Positions 26,849-41,393 are shown, counted from the stretch's first letter. The stretch is DNA of 64,000 nt from Selaginella moellendorffii (GCF_000143415.4 NW_003314354.1:652705-716704); one strand, 5' to 3'. Translations and numbers: made by a program. Notes: generated by a model not told the origin, from the sequence alone.

Positions 26849-26974
26849 CTCGAATTCAAGGCTTTTCATTCCTCTAATGAGGCTGTAACCTTTATGAAGG
26901 GGAAAACCAATTGAATTCGGCCTTCATGAAGCAATCCTCATGTTGAGTTTGTCCCGGGCATTGTGCTCTTTATG

Positions 26975-27074
26975 NNNNNNNNNNNNNNNNNNNNNNNNNN
27001 NNNNNNNNNNNNNNNNNNNNNNNNNNNNNNNNNNNNNNNNNNNNNNNNNNNNNNNNNNNNNNNNNNNNNNNNNN
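26975..27074. other. Assembly gap (100 N)
   Basis: Run of N. Confidence 0.99.
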
Positions 27075-27550
27075 TGGCAGCTTGTTGGAGTGCTTACTGT
27101 AAAGAAGAAGGGCCACATGATGCATATGTGCATTGACTATTATGCATTGAACAAGAAGATGGTAAAAAATAGATTTCTTATGCCACAAACTTGATGATAA
27201 TTTTTATTGCCTTGCAGGGGCTAGAAAATTCACTCATATAAGCTTTAGGAGGGGATACAACCAGATCGTAGTACACAAGGGTGGAAGATGTTCCCAAGAG
27301 TGAATTCTGTGGTAGACATGGTCACTTTGAGTATTTAGTGCTGTCATTTGGGTTAAGTAATGCTCCTCCATCTTTCATGCGTTTAATGAGCTTAATTTTT
27401 ATGTGTTACATCGCTAAGTTTGTGCAAGTGTTTCTTGCTGACATCTGGTTTGTAGTGCAATATTTGTAGAACACGTTCACCATTTGTAGTTGATTCTTGA
27501 TGTGTTTTGCAAGAAAACTTTTTGCCAAGATGTAATATCTTGGACATATT
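27075..27550 (+). mobile_element. Decayed Ty3/Gypsy (chromovirus-type) reverse transcriptase fragment
   Basis: VKKK..MCIDYYALNK, GYNQI, EDVPKS.F..GHFEYLVLSFGLSNAP. The catalytic motif has degenerated to FLADI. Confidence 0.9.
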
Positions 27551-28500
27551 TGTAAGTACCTGGCTGGCCCATAGCACACTGTAGCAGAGCTTCCTATGTT
27601 AGGTGCAAGCTTTGACCATGTGGTCAACGTGGATCACAGTTCAGCTCAAGGGTATTTTAACATGGATTTAGAATAGGGACTTAACAATTCACAGTGGCAA
27701 TGGCATTGCAGTGAGCTGTTGAGGTAGCTCAGGGTTGATTGGGTGGTGAGAAACCTCAAGACGAGGCATAACATAATTTAGGGAAGGCTAGGCATTTTAT
27801 AACATTGGTATTAAAGGAGCTGGTTGTGATGGCTGACCAAGATGAACATTCGTACCTTAAGACTTCTAGCAGAGACACATCCTTCTCATCATCCATGTTG
27901 GTGTGACAAATGCCACTCAAACACTCATGACACTGTTCATTGTTGGCATCATCACCTAGAGCTGTGTCCTCCTTGATAGCAGCTCATCTAGAGGCAACCT
28001 TTCACAGACCACGGTGCCTTGGAACCATCCACTTGTAGCAGATACGAGCAAATGGTCCAGCAACAAGCCATCAAAGCAGCACTATCGACATCTAGCAATC
28101 ATGGCAAAGCTCCAGCTTATAATCAACGTGATTAGGACTCTTGAGGAAGCAAGCCAGGCACAAAAGTAGCAGATTGCAGCAGCAACATGGGCTCAGAAGA
28201 AGCCCACAGCTCCCCAAGAGTTAGACAGCAAGGCAGATCAAAATGCCACCAACTCAACACTCATGGCATGCAAGTTGCCATCCAATTTTTCCATTTGATC
28301 CAGCACCATAGAATGTCTTTCAAGTCCAGATACTTTCACCAAGAGACACAACAGAAAACTCCATCCAGCACTTGCTCGACACATAAGTCTCCCTCTTGCT
28401 CAGTGATGTTTCGCAAGTAGCTCTTGCAAAAGCCTTGGGGCATGACACTCCTCCAATACAAGCTGTTGAAGCATGCATCTTGCTCATGAAGATGCTCTAG
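27551..28500 (+). mobile_element. Possible decayed LTR, PBS and gag-like leader
   Basis: tgtaag...ttataaca followed by ttggtattaaag (resembles the iMet PBS) near 27804, then degenerate coding-like sequence with internal repeats. Confidence 0.4.
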
Positions 28501-29814
28501 ACCATTTTGAAATGTGCCCCATCCTCAATGGAACCTTGACTGTCTGATTTTGGTTCTATTGGCTATTTATAAAAAGTTTCTAGATCTACTAGTGAGGCAC
28601 ATTTACAGAATGTAGGCATTATTTTGAACATGATGGTGTTATTCCTGCATCCAGATTCACCATTCTATAATTAGTAAGTTTTTGAGATTGCCTTAGAGTG
28701 TAACTCTTGGGACTGGCCTAGCTAAATGCAAAATAAGAAAAAATACTCCTTACCTCACTTCCTTTTTCACTGGTGAAAGCCCAAAGTGTGTTTTCATATG
28801 GGGGACTTGTGGGGGTTCTAAGCTTCATACCATACTAGTCGGTGGCAAACTTATATCCTTGCATTAGGCTGTTGGTATGCTAAAATAGTGTTAGACTTTA
28901 TTTGGCTTTGTTCTATATGTTGATCTTAGCATTGGGATGTTGGATGTTCTAAGATTGTTCTAGTGTTGCTCCATGTGTTGTGGAGATAGTTAGATGCCAA
29001 TAATATTCTGATCCTTGGAATATTCCCTCATTGCACATGAGTATAAGAGAAATAAGATAGACATTTACATGAACACACGAATGCGAGAGTGAGAGAGGGT
29101 TGAAGCAAGAGCCTCAACAAGTGGTTATGAAGTTTCAAAACCTGTACCCTATTAACTTCTTAACTAGTCCCTATAAGTTTCCAAAGAGTAGTGGTTGCTA
29201 TGAATGCAACAAAGATATTTGCAGATGTAAGGAAAGATTATGATGGATTGGCTAGAAGGAAGTGGCCGAGTAAATGGTGACAAATGGTCGTGATAGTGAT
29301 GACATATGATGACTGCCTTAATTCGAGTTTGTAACTTTGGTTGATGGCTTTTTTGTTGGAAGTATCACTTGTTGGTGATGGCATTTAGTAACTAACTGCA
29401 AGATGATATCGGCTTCTAGAATGCATCTTATGGTTGTTTGGTTGCACTTTGTTAGCTAGGAGTCTTTGGCTGATAATGAGTCCACTCCATGGATTCTATG
29501 GAAGGAAGTCTTGATTGGAACCTTTGATCCACTTATCCAATTTTATGATTTCTACTGCTATTGATATCTTAGGATGGCCTTGATGAAGTGATGTAAAGAG
29601 ATATGATGAAAGATGATGGTATGTGAAGAAAAAATAGAATGATTTTAGTGCAAGTATTTGAATTGCAGTATGGGTATTGGAGTAAGATGTGATTGACAGA
29701 TGAGTTTGTGACTATGATTGAATGGGAATGGAGTAGAGTGGGTGTGGATTGAAGAGAATGAAAAGAACCTAGAAATCAATGGAGGTAGAGCTGGGAAAAT
29801 GCAATAAGCTCCCA

Positions 29815-31440
29815 CATGATTGGGATTGATGCTATCTCATGACCAACTCGTAAGGCTTAATTCAGGAATAGGACTTATGGAGGTTGTGAATGAGACTTTT
29901 CCAAGTGGTTTAAGATGCAATTAAGCGACTAAAGTAAAATGGAAAATTTAGTTGCTTACAATTTAGTATTAAAGCTGTTCTTTAGTCTGACCCTATTAGT
30001 GGTCAAGTATATCATCATTTGACATTGACATTTAAAGGTCCCATGAGTGGGGCTATACTTGACAAGTAGTATCCCAAGAGGACATAGCTCTCCACTTTAG
30101 TTCATGCGTGAATTGGTAGGTAATATAGTGGATAGAAAAGGGGCTAATATGGGATTGATTTTGGGATCTTGGGAACAATAGAAAGTTTTACTCAAAGATT
30201 TGAGGATGTGATCTTTATAAGTGTTTGACTTAGCAGATTAGCTAATGTGGTTGTAGTAAACAACTATAGTTGGGATCACAAGAAGATAGAGACTTTGAGA
30301 TAATAAAGGAGTCGCATGATTATCCTCATATAATTGACTAGAGTTAATGACATGGGAGGTCAAATACAAATGAGGACATATATCCTAGAAATGGTATTAG
30401 GGCTATTTTTAATAGAGGCCAGAACAACCCAAGGAGTTGGGGTGTGTACTCAAAGGATGAGTTAGTGTTCTCATTATATGGAAGGATAGTTCTAAAGGGC
30501 AAAATTAGCCCATATAGAACAAACATAATCAAGTGTCAGAGTAACCCTTGTAAAGATGGTCCTTGTGAATAGAATGTGAATACAACAAGTTGTATTCAGA
30601 TGTGATGGCACCTCAAAAGTAGCTAGGAGGCTAGGAGAATACAAGGAGTCCAAGATGGAGTTTGAGGAGTACGAGATGAAGTTTGAGACTGAAATTGAAA
30701 CCGAGATTGAAATCGAGACAATTTCAAGTGTGAGTCCAAGGTCAAGTCCAAATTCTAATATAGGTCAAAGGGTGAAAGGCCAAAGTGATCGTCCCCTTTG
30801 GGGCGGGGAGGTGTAGGGGGTTCCAAAAGTATAGTAAGGAGAGTGTGGGGGTTGGACTCCAGTGGAACCAGTTTGGCAAAGAAAGGCTAGTATGACTCAA
30901 AAAGGCTACACCGATGTGGTGGTGATGATATAACCACTAAAGAGTCCAAGGTTAAAGTGAACACAGATGGAAAAGTAGGGTAACTTGGTGAAGTGTTCAA
31001 GAGCTAGTTCTAACTCCCCCGAGAGATCAAATAATCTATGCTTCTATTCCAAGTGTGAATGGCACTACCTACTTGAATACTTAGCATGGCTCATCAAAAC
31101 CTTACTCTAGCCATATAGCTAGGGCACCCAGAGGCAAAAGGTGGGGGGAGTAACCACAAGGCTTGCATTGGGTTGTGGTGTTCTGAAACGTCATCCTAGA
31201 GTCCTGGATTGTGGAAAGGAAGAGCAATCCTTTTGTGTAGTGACCAAGGATACGGTCACATGGGGAGGAAGTCCCAAAAGTCAATAGGACTTAGTGGTTG
31301 GGCATTTAGGCCCTCACTCAGTGGTGGTGTTGGTGAGCACAGCATTGGATGGAGAGGGACTTGGTGGGGATCAAAGAAGAGACATTGGGGAAGGGTGTTC
31401 TCCATATTCTCGGGCATCCTAAGGATGCTAAGGTGTGGTC
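29815..31440 (+). mobile_element. Diverged pieces of the same LTR family as the solo LTR at 48094-49944
   Basis: 29870-29960 matches the LTR 3' end (ggacttatggaggttgtgaatgagact...aatggaaaatttagttgcttaca) followed by a PBS-like tagtattaaagc. 30640-31440 matches the LTR middle (ccaaaagtatagtaagg, cttggtgaagtgttcaagag, gggcatcctaaggatgctaagg). Confidence 0.8.
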
Positions 31441-32069
31441 TTAGACCTTAACCCTTTTGAGTAAACAAACCAAACCTATTGGTAAGGTTTATATAGACTA
31501 TTGTAAACATATAATTAGCTTTTAAACAAAAACAAAAATATTTAGAGAGAGGAAAGTTATGTGATTAGTGTATAATAGCTACCTAATGATTAGAAATTTC
31601 ACAATCCACATGAAGTGCCGAAGCCAATCTGTCTATACTAGCCCAAATGCAAGATCAATATGATGGACAATATCAAAATCATAGTCAAAGATGTCTTAGA
31701 GCCAACAAATTATCAATGAATAAGTCTTAGATTAAAACACAAAAGTATTCTAATTAAGTTATCATCTAATAAACTAGGAGTATAGGAACCACCAAGATCA
31801 TTATAATTTGAAAGTATAGGATTAACGATCCAAAAAATTTCAATAGTACATATATCATCAATAAAACTCAATGATAAAACATAATTACCAAATATTATAG
31901 ATAGCATGCTAAACAACTTACAAAAGACAACTTAAAGAACAGAAAATATCATCAACTAAATAAGTAAAATGCTTGTGAATGTAAATAAGTGCATGCCTAC
32001 TGACTTGATTTTCTGCCAAATCAAAAGGATGGTGCATAGAATAATGACATAGTTGTTTGTACACTGCGG

Positions 32070-32460
32070 CCAAGAAGATGTGGCAGTCCATGCAGCATTC
32101 CAGTTGTATATCGACAGTCTTCCTGCCAGAAGAACAAAGAAACTATGGTTGTAAATTCAAGAAAAAAGCACTAGATATACCATCAGCATCCACAATATCA
32201 AAGCACAGTGAGACCAGACCAGATGATAAGCTTGATCATTCAGTTGCCACGATACCAAAAGTCCCTGTGATTGCTTTGGTACTTAACTCCAAACATAAGC
32301 AGTGCCAAACTCCCAAAGCTCGTGCATAGAACAGATTGTGTGCCAAACCAATCCTTGCCAGGTGATCCCTGCCACAAGCCAAAAAACGATAAGGTGTTGT
32401 TGCACATCACAAGAACTTACACAGGATTTTCTCACATGAGGTCACGCAGCATCCATGCAA
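32070..32460 (-). pseudogene. Degenerate receptor-like protein kinase domain fragment
   Basis: RDLM*ENP (HRDLKPENI-like), FFGL, ITGTFGIVATE (GTFGYxAPE-like) and GRKTVD, in the expected order. Confidence 0.45.
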
Positions 32461-32639
32461 GCAGCAAGGAGAGCGCGAAGAGGCTGCAATACGTGATTCT
32501 TGCCGATCAGCAAGAGATGCTGCTTGCTAATCCCTCATAAGCCTGGCAAGCGCAAGCCGTGCAGCCGGACAAGATGTTGCCCACATTGCTGGGTGCTCTC
32601 TAGATCAAGAAGCGAAACCTTGGAATTTGATTACATTGT

Positions 32640-33240
32640 CCCTCGCTTTAGTTTTTATAAGTGTCTTCTCACTTCTGGCACTCAAGGCATATGTCAGCAG
32701 GCGGATCTCCAGCGAGGAAGGATCATCCATGGCAATGTGACCCAATTCAATGTGGCAGCATGGCCAGGTCTTCAATGCCATGCCCAGCCAGAATCTCATC
32801 TCCTGGAGCACTCTCATGCTGAGATACGTGCAAAACGGGGAATCTGAGCTCGTGCTGGGACTGTTCCAGCAGCCCCAGCACTGCACCAGTTTGCTGGATT
32901 GATCGACTATCCTCGTGGCGCTTACTGCCTGCTGGAATCTGGCTGCCAAGGGCCAGGATTGCAAGAGCTTGAGAAAGAGCTGTTTAGAGAAGGGGGCAGA
33001 AATCCATTGCCTGGATGTGAAGAATGGATTGGAAGAAGATATCTTCGTGGTGAGTAGCTTAGTAGATATGTATGTCAAGTGTGGGAGCTTGGTGAATGCT
33101 TGTCGAGTCCTTGATGGGATTCCATGTAACAATGTGGTGTCTATGGCAATCATCCTAGGAGACGGCCAGGTTGGGAAACCAATGGTAGCTTTGGAACTCT
33201 TTGCGTTGATGCAGCAAGAAGGTTGTCCAAGAACTTTTGG
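32640..33240 (+). pseudogene. PLS-class pentatricopeptide repeat (PPR) gene remnant
   Basis: DLQRGRIIH, WSTLMLRYVQNGESELVLGLF, ALTAC..LA, CLEKGAEIH, DIFVVSSLVDMYVKCGSLVNACRVLD and ALELFALMQQEG, with frameshifts and truncation. Confidence 0.85.
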
Positions 33241-35952
33241 AGACTATAGGCAAGTTAGGAGAGGACTAAGCTGATAGGATGTCCATACATAATATATTTT
33301 GTGTCTCATATAATTTATGGGTTCCAAGATAATTATTGTCCATCCTAGATCTCCTTGCACCTGAGATAAATTGCCGAGGGCTCTAAAACTGGTGTCATTG
33401 CATATATCACAAACACTGTTTTTTTGACAAATTGCAATGGTAATGGCCATAACATTTCAAACTTTTTTTTTTTTTTTTTTCTGTTTTTAGTCAAGGATCA
33501 GAGCATATTTCTGCAAGTGCTGAACTAATAATAGTGTTATCCTCTCTTTATCCATAGCATTGACCTTAAACAATATGAACAATTTTTCTCTTCATCATTT
33601 AATTTTCATAGTAATCTTAGAGTTGCAAAATGTATTACACACTTTTGATCTAATGCTAAAGCATGTTCTGGTTGGAAAAGTTTTTGAGGTGTATTAATAT
33701 TCAATATTTTTTTAAAAATTATTCTTTATCTTTTCCAGTGGAGTTGTATCATTCTTGCAAATATGACACATAATTGTGCTCTATTTGGAAACATTTAGCT
33801 TCTATATTTCATTTAAAATTAATTTACCTTTTTGAACTAACTGGATATTTTAGTCATGCTTAGGTAACAACTCTTAGGGATTGACATAATACAATTGCAG
33901 AAAAAATCTAGAGCAATAAAAAAATATTTATATAAACTATGTGTTAGTATTTAAACTAAAGATAAAACCTATGTAAAGATGCTCACAGATTTAATATAAT
34001 TATGAGCAAGAAGACTAATAGAAAATATATATGAGGTAGATATTTTTTGAGGTATTACTGAGAAATGGATTTCATATTTGTATGTATATGAGATAGTTTA
34101 TACTTATTAGATACCAAGAACCATTGTCTATTTCCGTGAGGTTTAATATAAATATGGTAAAAATTTGTATGAACTTACTTAGTCAGTTTAATAATAATGC
34201 AGAACTCAAGTAGTGAATTTGAATATTAAAATATAAGAATTTAATATTAGGCTTGTAGAAGGTTATTAGTTCAAAACCAGATAATGGATTTGGTATTTCA
34301 AACAAGAAATAAAATATAAAGATGTTCCTACTCTTTTTGAATACATAATAGTATTAATTATGAAAGAAACTTACTTATTACTAGAGAAATATTTTGTGAT
34401 ATACACATCTGAAACAAGAAATTCTTGAGGATCAAATATTAGTAATTTTTAGTAAGAATAATTTTACTAATTATTTATAGTCTTCAAGATTAGTTTTTTC
34501 TACAGCATCCATCTTAAAATTAATATAACTATTAGCGGTAAATATGTGAATTATATGTTTTTTTTTAATTTCCTTACTGAAATAGATTTTATATTCGGAT
34601 TATATGTTAAAATGTATTATATTTTATTGTAGTATGTTAGAAATAATTTTTATAATTTCTATTTTTATGATTTCTATTTTTAAGATTTCTAAAATCTAAG
34701 TGTTTCATGATACAAAAAAAAGGAGATGAAAGATAATATTAGTTTAATAAGATCTATAAAGTTGCTCTTATGTGAGATTTTCTTAAAATATTTTTTATAT
34801 CTCCAGGTGGATGGTAAAACTAGAACTTTGATATTTTACTTTATCTTTCCTCATCTTCCATGATTTTTCATTGCATAGTATTATTTCTACATTGGCACAA
34901 TTAGCCTTTAAGATTATTTATCTATTATATAAGATTAAAAACCTGTCAATACACTAGGAAAAGGGTATAAAAGAAGCACCAGCAGCTTTTTAGATCCTTC
35001 ATACATACCGAAATAAAAAAAAACTTTAGGCACAAGTAATAGCCAATAAAGGACAGTTTTTCTTTCATGTATATAAAATGTAACGATAACGGTTTTACAG
35101 AAGGAAATAGAGCACGAGAATTTTTTTCTACGTAGCCCCATGCAAAGCTAGAAGCGTGTCTCTTCATGTCAAGTTTCATCAGGTCACTTACAGGCAGATG
35201 ACAATATCGTCAAAGCGATGGAGCTGGCAGCTTCTTTACAACTCAAAAATTCACTGGAATGAGAAATCAAGAATGTCTTTATACTTTTCTTTTTCCTTTT
35301 TCTGCTGCTCCAGCAACAAAACATGCAGAAGAATCTGGATGACGATGTTCCAGAACCAATACATGCACCAGTTCTTCCTTTAGGGAGCGCAATCAAAGAG
35401 CAGAGGCTTTAGAGCAAGAGGCTGTTCAAGAGTAGAAGCGCCTGGACCACCACTACCAGTCCTTTCCTGTAGCTCAGCATCCAACACCTGTAAATTCGGA
35501 AGGAGCCGCCTCATCAAAGCAACTCTTTCCAATCAACCTGTGCAGGTTTTGCAGCCAATCTCTGTTCAACTCAAAGCATTTGATTGTTGATGCCTGTGGA
35601 GCCTCCACATCAAAGTCGTTGGTGCTGTCTCAAACCAATCTGGAAGACAGATACTTATTGAAGTTTGGGAGCTCATGTACATTACATCCAGCTTATAATG
35701 ATCTACTGCATATTTTAGTTTTAGATATGTTGTCAATTTCTACAAAGTTGTGATACATATGCTTAACAATGCATATGCTTGTTATTTTTGTCGGATGATG
35801 TCTACAATTTAAGATATTTTATATTTTTCCCAGCTAGTCAGGTAAAAGGCTCCATATAGTAAACCATATGGTAGTTGGGACGGTTTGGACTTAGCGGTTA
35901 GATTGCTAGACACATAATTATTGAGTTGGCTGCCTGAATCCTACTGGCGGTA

Positions 35953-37754
35953 ATGCTTCCCCGAAGAGACCCTCTGAATGGCTTTGAGAAATATGCAGGT
36001 GGTTTCAACATTGGCGACAAGCATTATTGGGCAGTTAAGTATATCTTTGCTGATTTTACTCTCATTTAAATACTCTGATTTTACTCTCATTTTCTACATG
36101 CAGTCTGCATTTTATTTAGGTGTATGGGGCTATTGTCTGGCAGTGGTATGTCTGCTGTTTGGGATCCTTGCATTGGCTTGGCGTTTCTTCCAATGCATCC
36201 GTAGCAGGAGAAGGAAGTCTGGACAGTACATTAAGTCCGACAAACTTAGGCAATGTGAACTTATAGTTTCTTTACAAATCACCGTCATTGCACTGTAAGG
36301 ATTGCGACCATTTTTTATTGTTGAAATGGCTTACTTCACCCATAATTGATTTCAGTATAAGCACTGCACTTGTCTTTTGGGGAAACGACAGTGTTGGCAA
36401 AGAACTCGGACAGACTTCACGGATGCTTGTCACAACCTCCAATGACGTCCTGCATCAAGTTGAAGGAGCTCTTGTTGCCCTGGAAGCTTCGATATTTCCA
36501 ATGGAAGACCCTGACATTGTCTTTCAAATTCAGTCAGGCTGTGAGCGTCTAAATTCGTCTGCAAAGAGCTTTACTAAGAAGCTAGAGATTGCCGAGAAAA
36601 AAGTACACTTTGCCTTGAGAATCTTGTACGCATCTACAAACTGTACTTTATGTTTCTGATATATCCCGTCTTCTCCAGAAACTTGACTATGAAGCTCGCA
36701 GGCTCCATGATCACATCAGTCGTACTCATTGGACTTGGTATGTGTATCAAATTAATTAATTTGTCTTATACATGTGAAATTATAGTCTGCGCAATGGGTA
36801 ACCATAGAGGGTTATTGATACTGTAAGTAAGTTTACGTAATTAACGTGATAAGTGCAGGGAGTTTTACTTATACTACACAGGTTGTTTTCAATAATGACT
36901 GTTCTTTTAACTGCTTCGTGGTCATTTTCTGGCCTGAGCTTTGTCCTCTACAGGTAGTACGTTCTATTTTAAAAATTAAATGGTGTTCATTCTTTGTCGC
37001 AGTCTTACAAATGATGCTTGTCAAGCCATGAAAGAATACGATACTAATAAAAAGGACTCGACTTTCTCGAATGTATTGCCTTGCTTAAGTTCTGGTGAAG
37101 CAAAAACGGAGCTGAATGCTGCAAAAGACACAATCAAGACTCTACTTGGCCAAGCAAACAGAATAATAAATCTTGTCAATGTACAGGAAGCTGTCATTCT
37201 TCTTAATCGAAACACAAGCGCTGATTCTATTCCAGTCATGCCATTTATATGTGACCCTTATGGACAAGCACCAGATTATCTGCAAAACACATGTTCCCCA
37301 GAAACTTGTCCAGTTCAAAATTTTTCTTCAGTAAGTGAATGCAATACTAGTGTGTGGACCTAATTATGCTTCCCAGATCTTTGCACCGTTTCATTGTAAG
37401 AGTGACGATCTTACGTACTGCTTTGAAAACAAAACACCTATACCCCATCAACTATTTGGAACCGTATCCCAATCAATGAATGCCACTGGGGACATCATTA
37501 TTGTCCTTCCAAAGTTACACAGCATTATGACCTGTGATTTTGTCAGTACAGCATTCAAAAAACTCACTATGGAGCATTGTGATCCCCTCAAGGCGGCTAT
37601 CAGTGCACTCTGGATTGGGTTTGCAGTTTCCTCGATAGCTATGCTTTCATTACAAAATCTATGGCTGCTAATGTGCAGAAATATAACTGTGGAGACAGCT
37701 ACAATTGCAGGGAAATTTTCCATTTCGAAGGGCCCATATTTCGTAACAATATAG
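35953..37754 (+). CDS. Plant multi-pass transmembrane protein of the uncharacterised 'DPLxxFxxYxGGxN' family (Tweety/prominin-like), multi-exon; true start uncertain
   Basis: RRDPLNGFEKYAGGFNIGDKHYWA|SAFY, TM segments, DACQAM...STFSNVLPC, PFICDPY, CDFVSTAF...HCDPL..LWIG. Short GT-AG introns; stop at 37752-37754. Confidence 0.8.
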
Positions 37755-38989
37755 GAAATGGCCCGTTATGGTCGTCTCTGAAGGTGGCTAGATTATAGGC
37801 ATGTAACATGGTCCTTATTTATGCAAAATTAAAGACCACCTGGCCCTTGTTTCATTTAATCGTATGGTATCATTGGCAATATCGAGGCGATAGCAAGAAA
37901 AGGCAGATAGGGCAGACCCTTTCATCATGCTTATGTCATCATCTTCCACAAGTTGAACTTCAAGTTTCATCAACTTCAGCTGCAAAATGGCTGCGAAAAA
38001 TCATGATTCTCAATTATGATTTAAAGTAGGCAAAGAAGCAGGACAAAACAAGGCTGTCATTTTTGGAAAGTAAGTTGTTTTGCAGACCTGGCCAATGATC
38101 CAGACATGCCATCCCACACGAAACAAAAAGACCTAGTGTTATAAAAATAAGATCTTTTCCCTGGCCCATCTAGAACCTCTGCAGGGCAGGCATGCAGCCA
38201 GTCAAATCCAGTACATTTTTATTGTTGGCAGGGACTCATTGTGGTTGAAGGTCATAAAAAATTTCAGGCTCTTCTAGGCAATTACAGTTGATCTGATTTC
38301 AAAATCCAGCTTCTCAACAAGAGAAATAAATGATCAAGGAAGTCAACTCCATTCTCCATTCCAGAGTTCACATATGTATACACCAGTCCCAACGTACATC
38401 TTCAATGCAAACGACTCAGGATAAAGATCCAGTGCTTTCAGAAAGCCATGGCTGTGCACGGTGAAGCTGCCAAGAGTGGAGCTTTGGGCATGGAATATTC
38501 CTCTACCAGAGTTGATGCCAACTTTGTTTCAAAGTTCCAAGCTCTTCACAAAGTTATCCAAATCTCTCAGCTTGCGAAATGACTCTTCTTGTCTTCACCA
38601 CCTTTCCACCAATTTTCCTGCATTTCCAGCATGTGAATTCAACGCAAGAAACCTCCTGGAAGCAAAAAAAAACAAGGTAATACCGTGTTTTAAAGCCCTC
38701 ATGGAGCCTCAGGACCACGCTCCTGCAGGACAGAACAACATTGAAGAGAATGGTAAAGTTGTCAATGTGAAGGTCTGGATAGAAAATGCAAATTCTCCCT
38801 CTCGTTGATGTAAAGCTGATGCTATTATCTTTCTCAAGTTGGACCAATTCTAGCTACAAGATGACATGGATTTTCAACACACTTCAACAATGCAAGACAA
38901 TAATGGCGCCTAGATTGATCTAGCAGCACCTAGAGCATTTTAACACCGGGGAAATTATCCCCTGAATATATGTTATAAGGGGAAGGAAG

Positions 38990-39712
38990 TGCCACAAACT
39001 CACTGAACTTTCCATGGGGTACTCAAGTGAACAAGTGACACCATGTGAGCCTGAGCTTCCACACCAGATCTTAAGCTCAGCATTTCTCCAGTTTGTGGAT
39101 GAAATGCAGCGTCTCCAGCCAATGCCACAGATGCCAATACAACCAGATTTTGCAAGGCTTTTCCACGATGAGCAGATGAGTGTTTTCATGCAAGACAGAG
39201 TTTAGGCTATGATCAATGCCATTTTCTACCAGCCCCTTGATGCAAAGCTCACGAAGATCCAGAGCGACATTCTCCAGCTTAAGAGGAGCATTCAAGGTAT
39301 GGCTTTCCAGGGATCTGTATGTGCAGAGACTCAGCACATGAACGAGGAACTCTCCAAGGAGAATGCAGAGCTTCACAACAAGATCTGACAGCTTAAAGCA
39401 AAGCAGCCACCCATTGTCATGGATGATGACAATGAGAGTCATCACGACGACGATGACAACGAGTTCCGATAGAAACTCGACAAGTTCAAGAATGAGCTCT
39501 CTGGAGTCGCAACTGCAATGAAACAGCCCGATGCAATGGAGCAGTGACAGCTTCGAGACAAAACTCAACTCAGTTGTGGGAGAAAAGTGGAGCACAGGAA
39601 ATCAACCTTGGATTTAGAAGCATCATCCTAAGTCTCGAGACTCAAACCTGGAGACTCAGGAATAGGAAGAAGTGGTAGTTGCCACCATGTGAGACTGTTT
39701 TAAAGGGGTGAG
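38990..39712 (+). mobile_element. Decayed coiled-coil ORF followed by a PPT-like tract; probable retroelement 3' accessory region
   Basis: A single frame broken by stops (DAKLTKIQSDILQLKRSI..ELSKENAELHNKI*QLK) followed by aaaggggtggag. Confidence 0.35.
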
Positions 39713-41281
39713 TTAGCACTTAAACCTTATCCTTATCTCTTTTGTACTCTAGCCTTCCATCATCAATGCATGTCCACATACTCAAGATCCAGAGTACTCA
39801 AGCGATGCCAAGCCTATCCTTACTCATGACCATACACATGAGCCTTCTTGGGGATCAAAGGTCTCAGATTAGTTCCTAATTTAATTGTGTGTCTGGAGAG
39901 TGAGAATTTGCAGCAGCAGCAAGTACATGCAATGATATCAACAAAGCCCTCTATTTTTCCTGTAATGATAGCAGTAACATCTCCAACAAATTCTCTCTTC
40001 TGCCTGCACAGACGTTCAGCAGCAACAATCCTTACCTAGTTTTTAGGTCTAGAGCATCTTCAGCAGGATGCACGCTTCAATGGCTTACATTGGTCATGCC
40101 TTGAGGTAGGTGAAGCTAATCATGATGTGGCTTCAGAGAAGCCAGTCAAATGGAAAAAAGCTTAGTATCTTGGCAGTCAAGAGGAGGAGTGCCCTAGGAG
40201 GAGTCTCATGTTCCCTAAAGCATAGCAGATGGCTCTAGCTTCCCAGAGGAGTCACTTGTTAGGTAGAGGGACCATGAGCAGCATTGGGACTTCCGTACTC
40301 AAGAGAGTTTCACTTGAGTTTTGCTTTGTACTTTTTGAGTCTCTAAGGGATATGGGGAATATATACAAATATTTACCAAACTCAACCTCTGTATATGCAT
40401 CTATAGATGACATGATCTAGGATAGGATGCCTGGTGTGTCTTCTCATGCACTATCTCTTCATACCAGTGCACCAATTTATATTCAACATACGCTATGGAT
40501 CACAGCTTAGGAACCTAGTTCCTTAGAACTTCTAAGTCCTCTCACTTAACAAGTTAGTTGACCAGTTTATGATCATGTATTGACTCCATGTTTTGCCCTA
40601 AAGGCCATCCCTCTTAAAATCAAGATCTTCAACTAGGGTCCTTATTCCTCCAACTTTCCAATCTCACTTAGTATGTCACTCACCCAGCATAATATGGTTT
40701 TATACATAAGCATAAAAGTCCTTAAATATCAATTTTCTTTCAAAGCTAACCCTTTGAACATGTGGGAACTACTTCTCTAACCTTGATAGCCTCACCTTCT
40801 AGCAAGCTTCAAGACCAAACTTCTACTATGCCACTCTGATTTTGCATATTTCTATAAACCATTTGCACTCGTCTTTCTAAGTAGCAACTTATCTAGAATT
40901 ATCCACCTTCTATTGCAACCTCAAGCTCGATCATAGTGTCACGAAGAGCAACAGCAGAATTGTACTACCTTAGCCCAAACAAGGTTCGTCAAAGCTTCTC
41001 CAAGCGCCAGCCTAGCCATAGCTGCAGGATTCAGCAGTCCCTGCAAATTGTCTTCAGAAAAAAGTAAAGAATTTTCAATCTACCTTGATCGGTTGTTCAC
41101 CAATAGCACAAGCAGCATGTTGCCCTTAGCAAGCTTGGACACATCCTTGACATGTCCTTGACACATCCTTGACACACACACACACAGAGCGCTTACAATC
41201 TGCCTGAATGCCCTAAGAAATTTCACTTGATTTGGAGCGTCATTAAAATCAAAATTAAAGCGTTGCCACCCTTCTGGCACC

Positions 41282-41393
41282 TGACACGAACCACGGGAAT
41301 ATTCCGAGAATATTCCATGGCCTGTGGGATTTAAGGCCGTAACGCCTTAAGGGTTGGGAGGTTGGCCTAGGGTTCGCTCTCTTGTTCGTTTCA
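41282..41393 (+). repeat. 5' LTR (112 bp)
   Basis: tgacacgaac...gttcgtttca; identical to 44504-44615 by eye. Confidence 0.97.

Noticed and set aside
39077-39595. 172-aa hydrophobic minus-strand ORF
   Set aside because: It is the antisense shadow of the decayed plus-strand coiled-coil frame.
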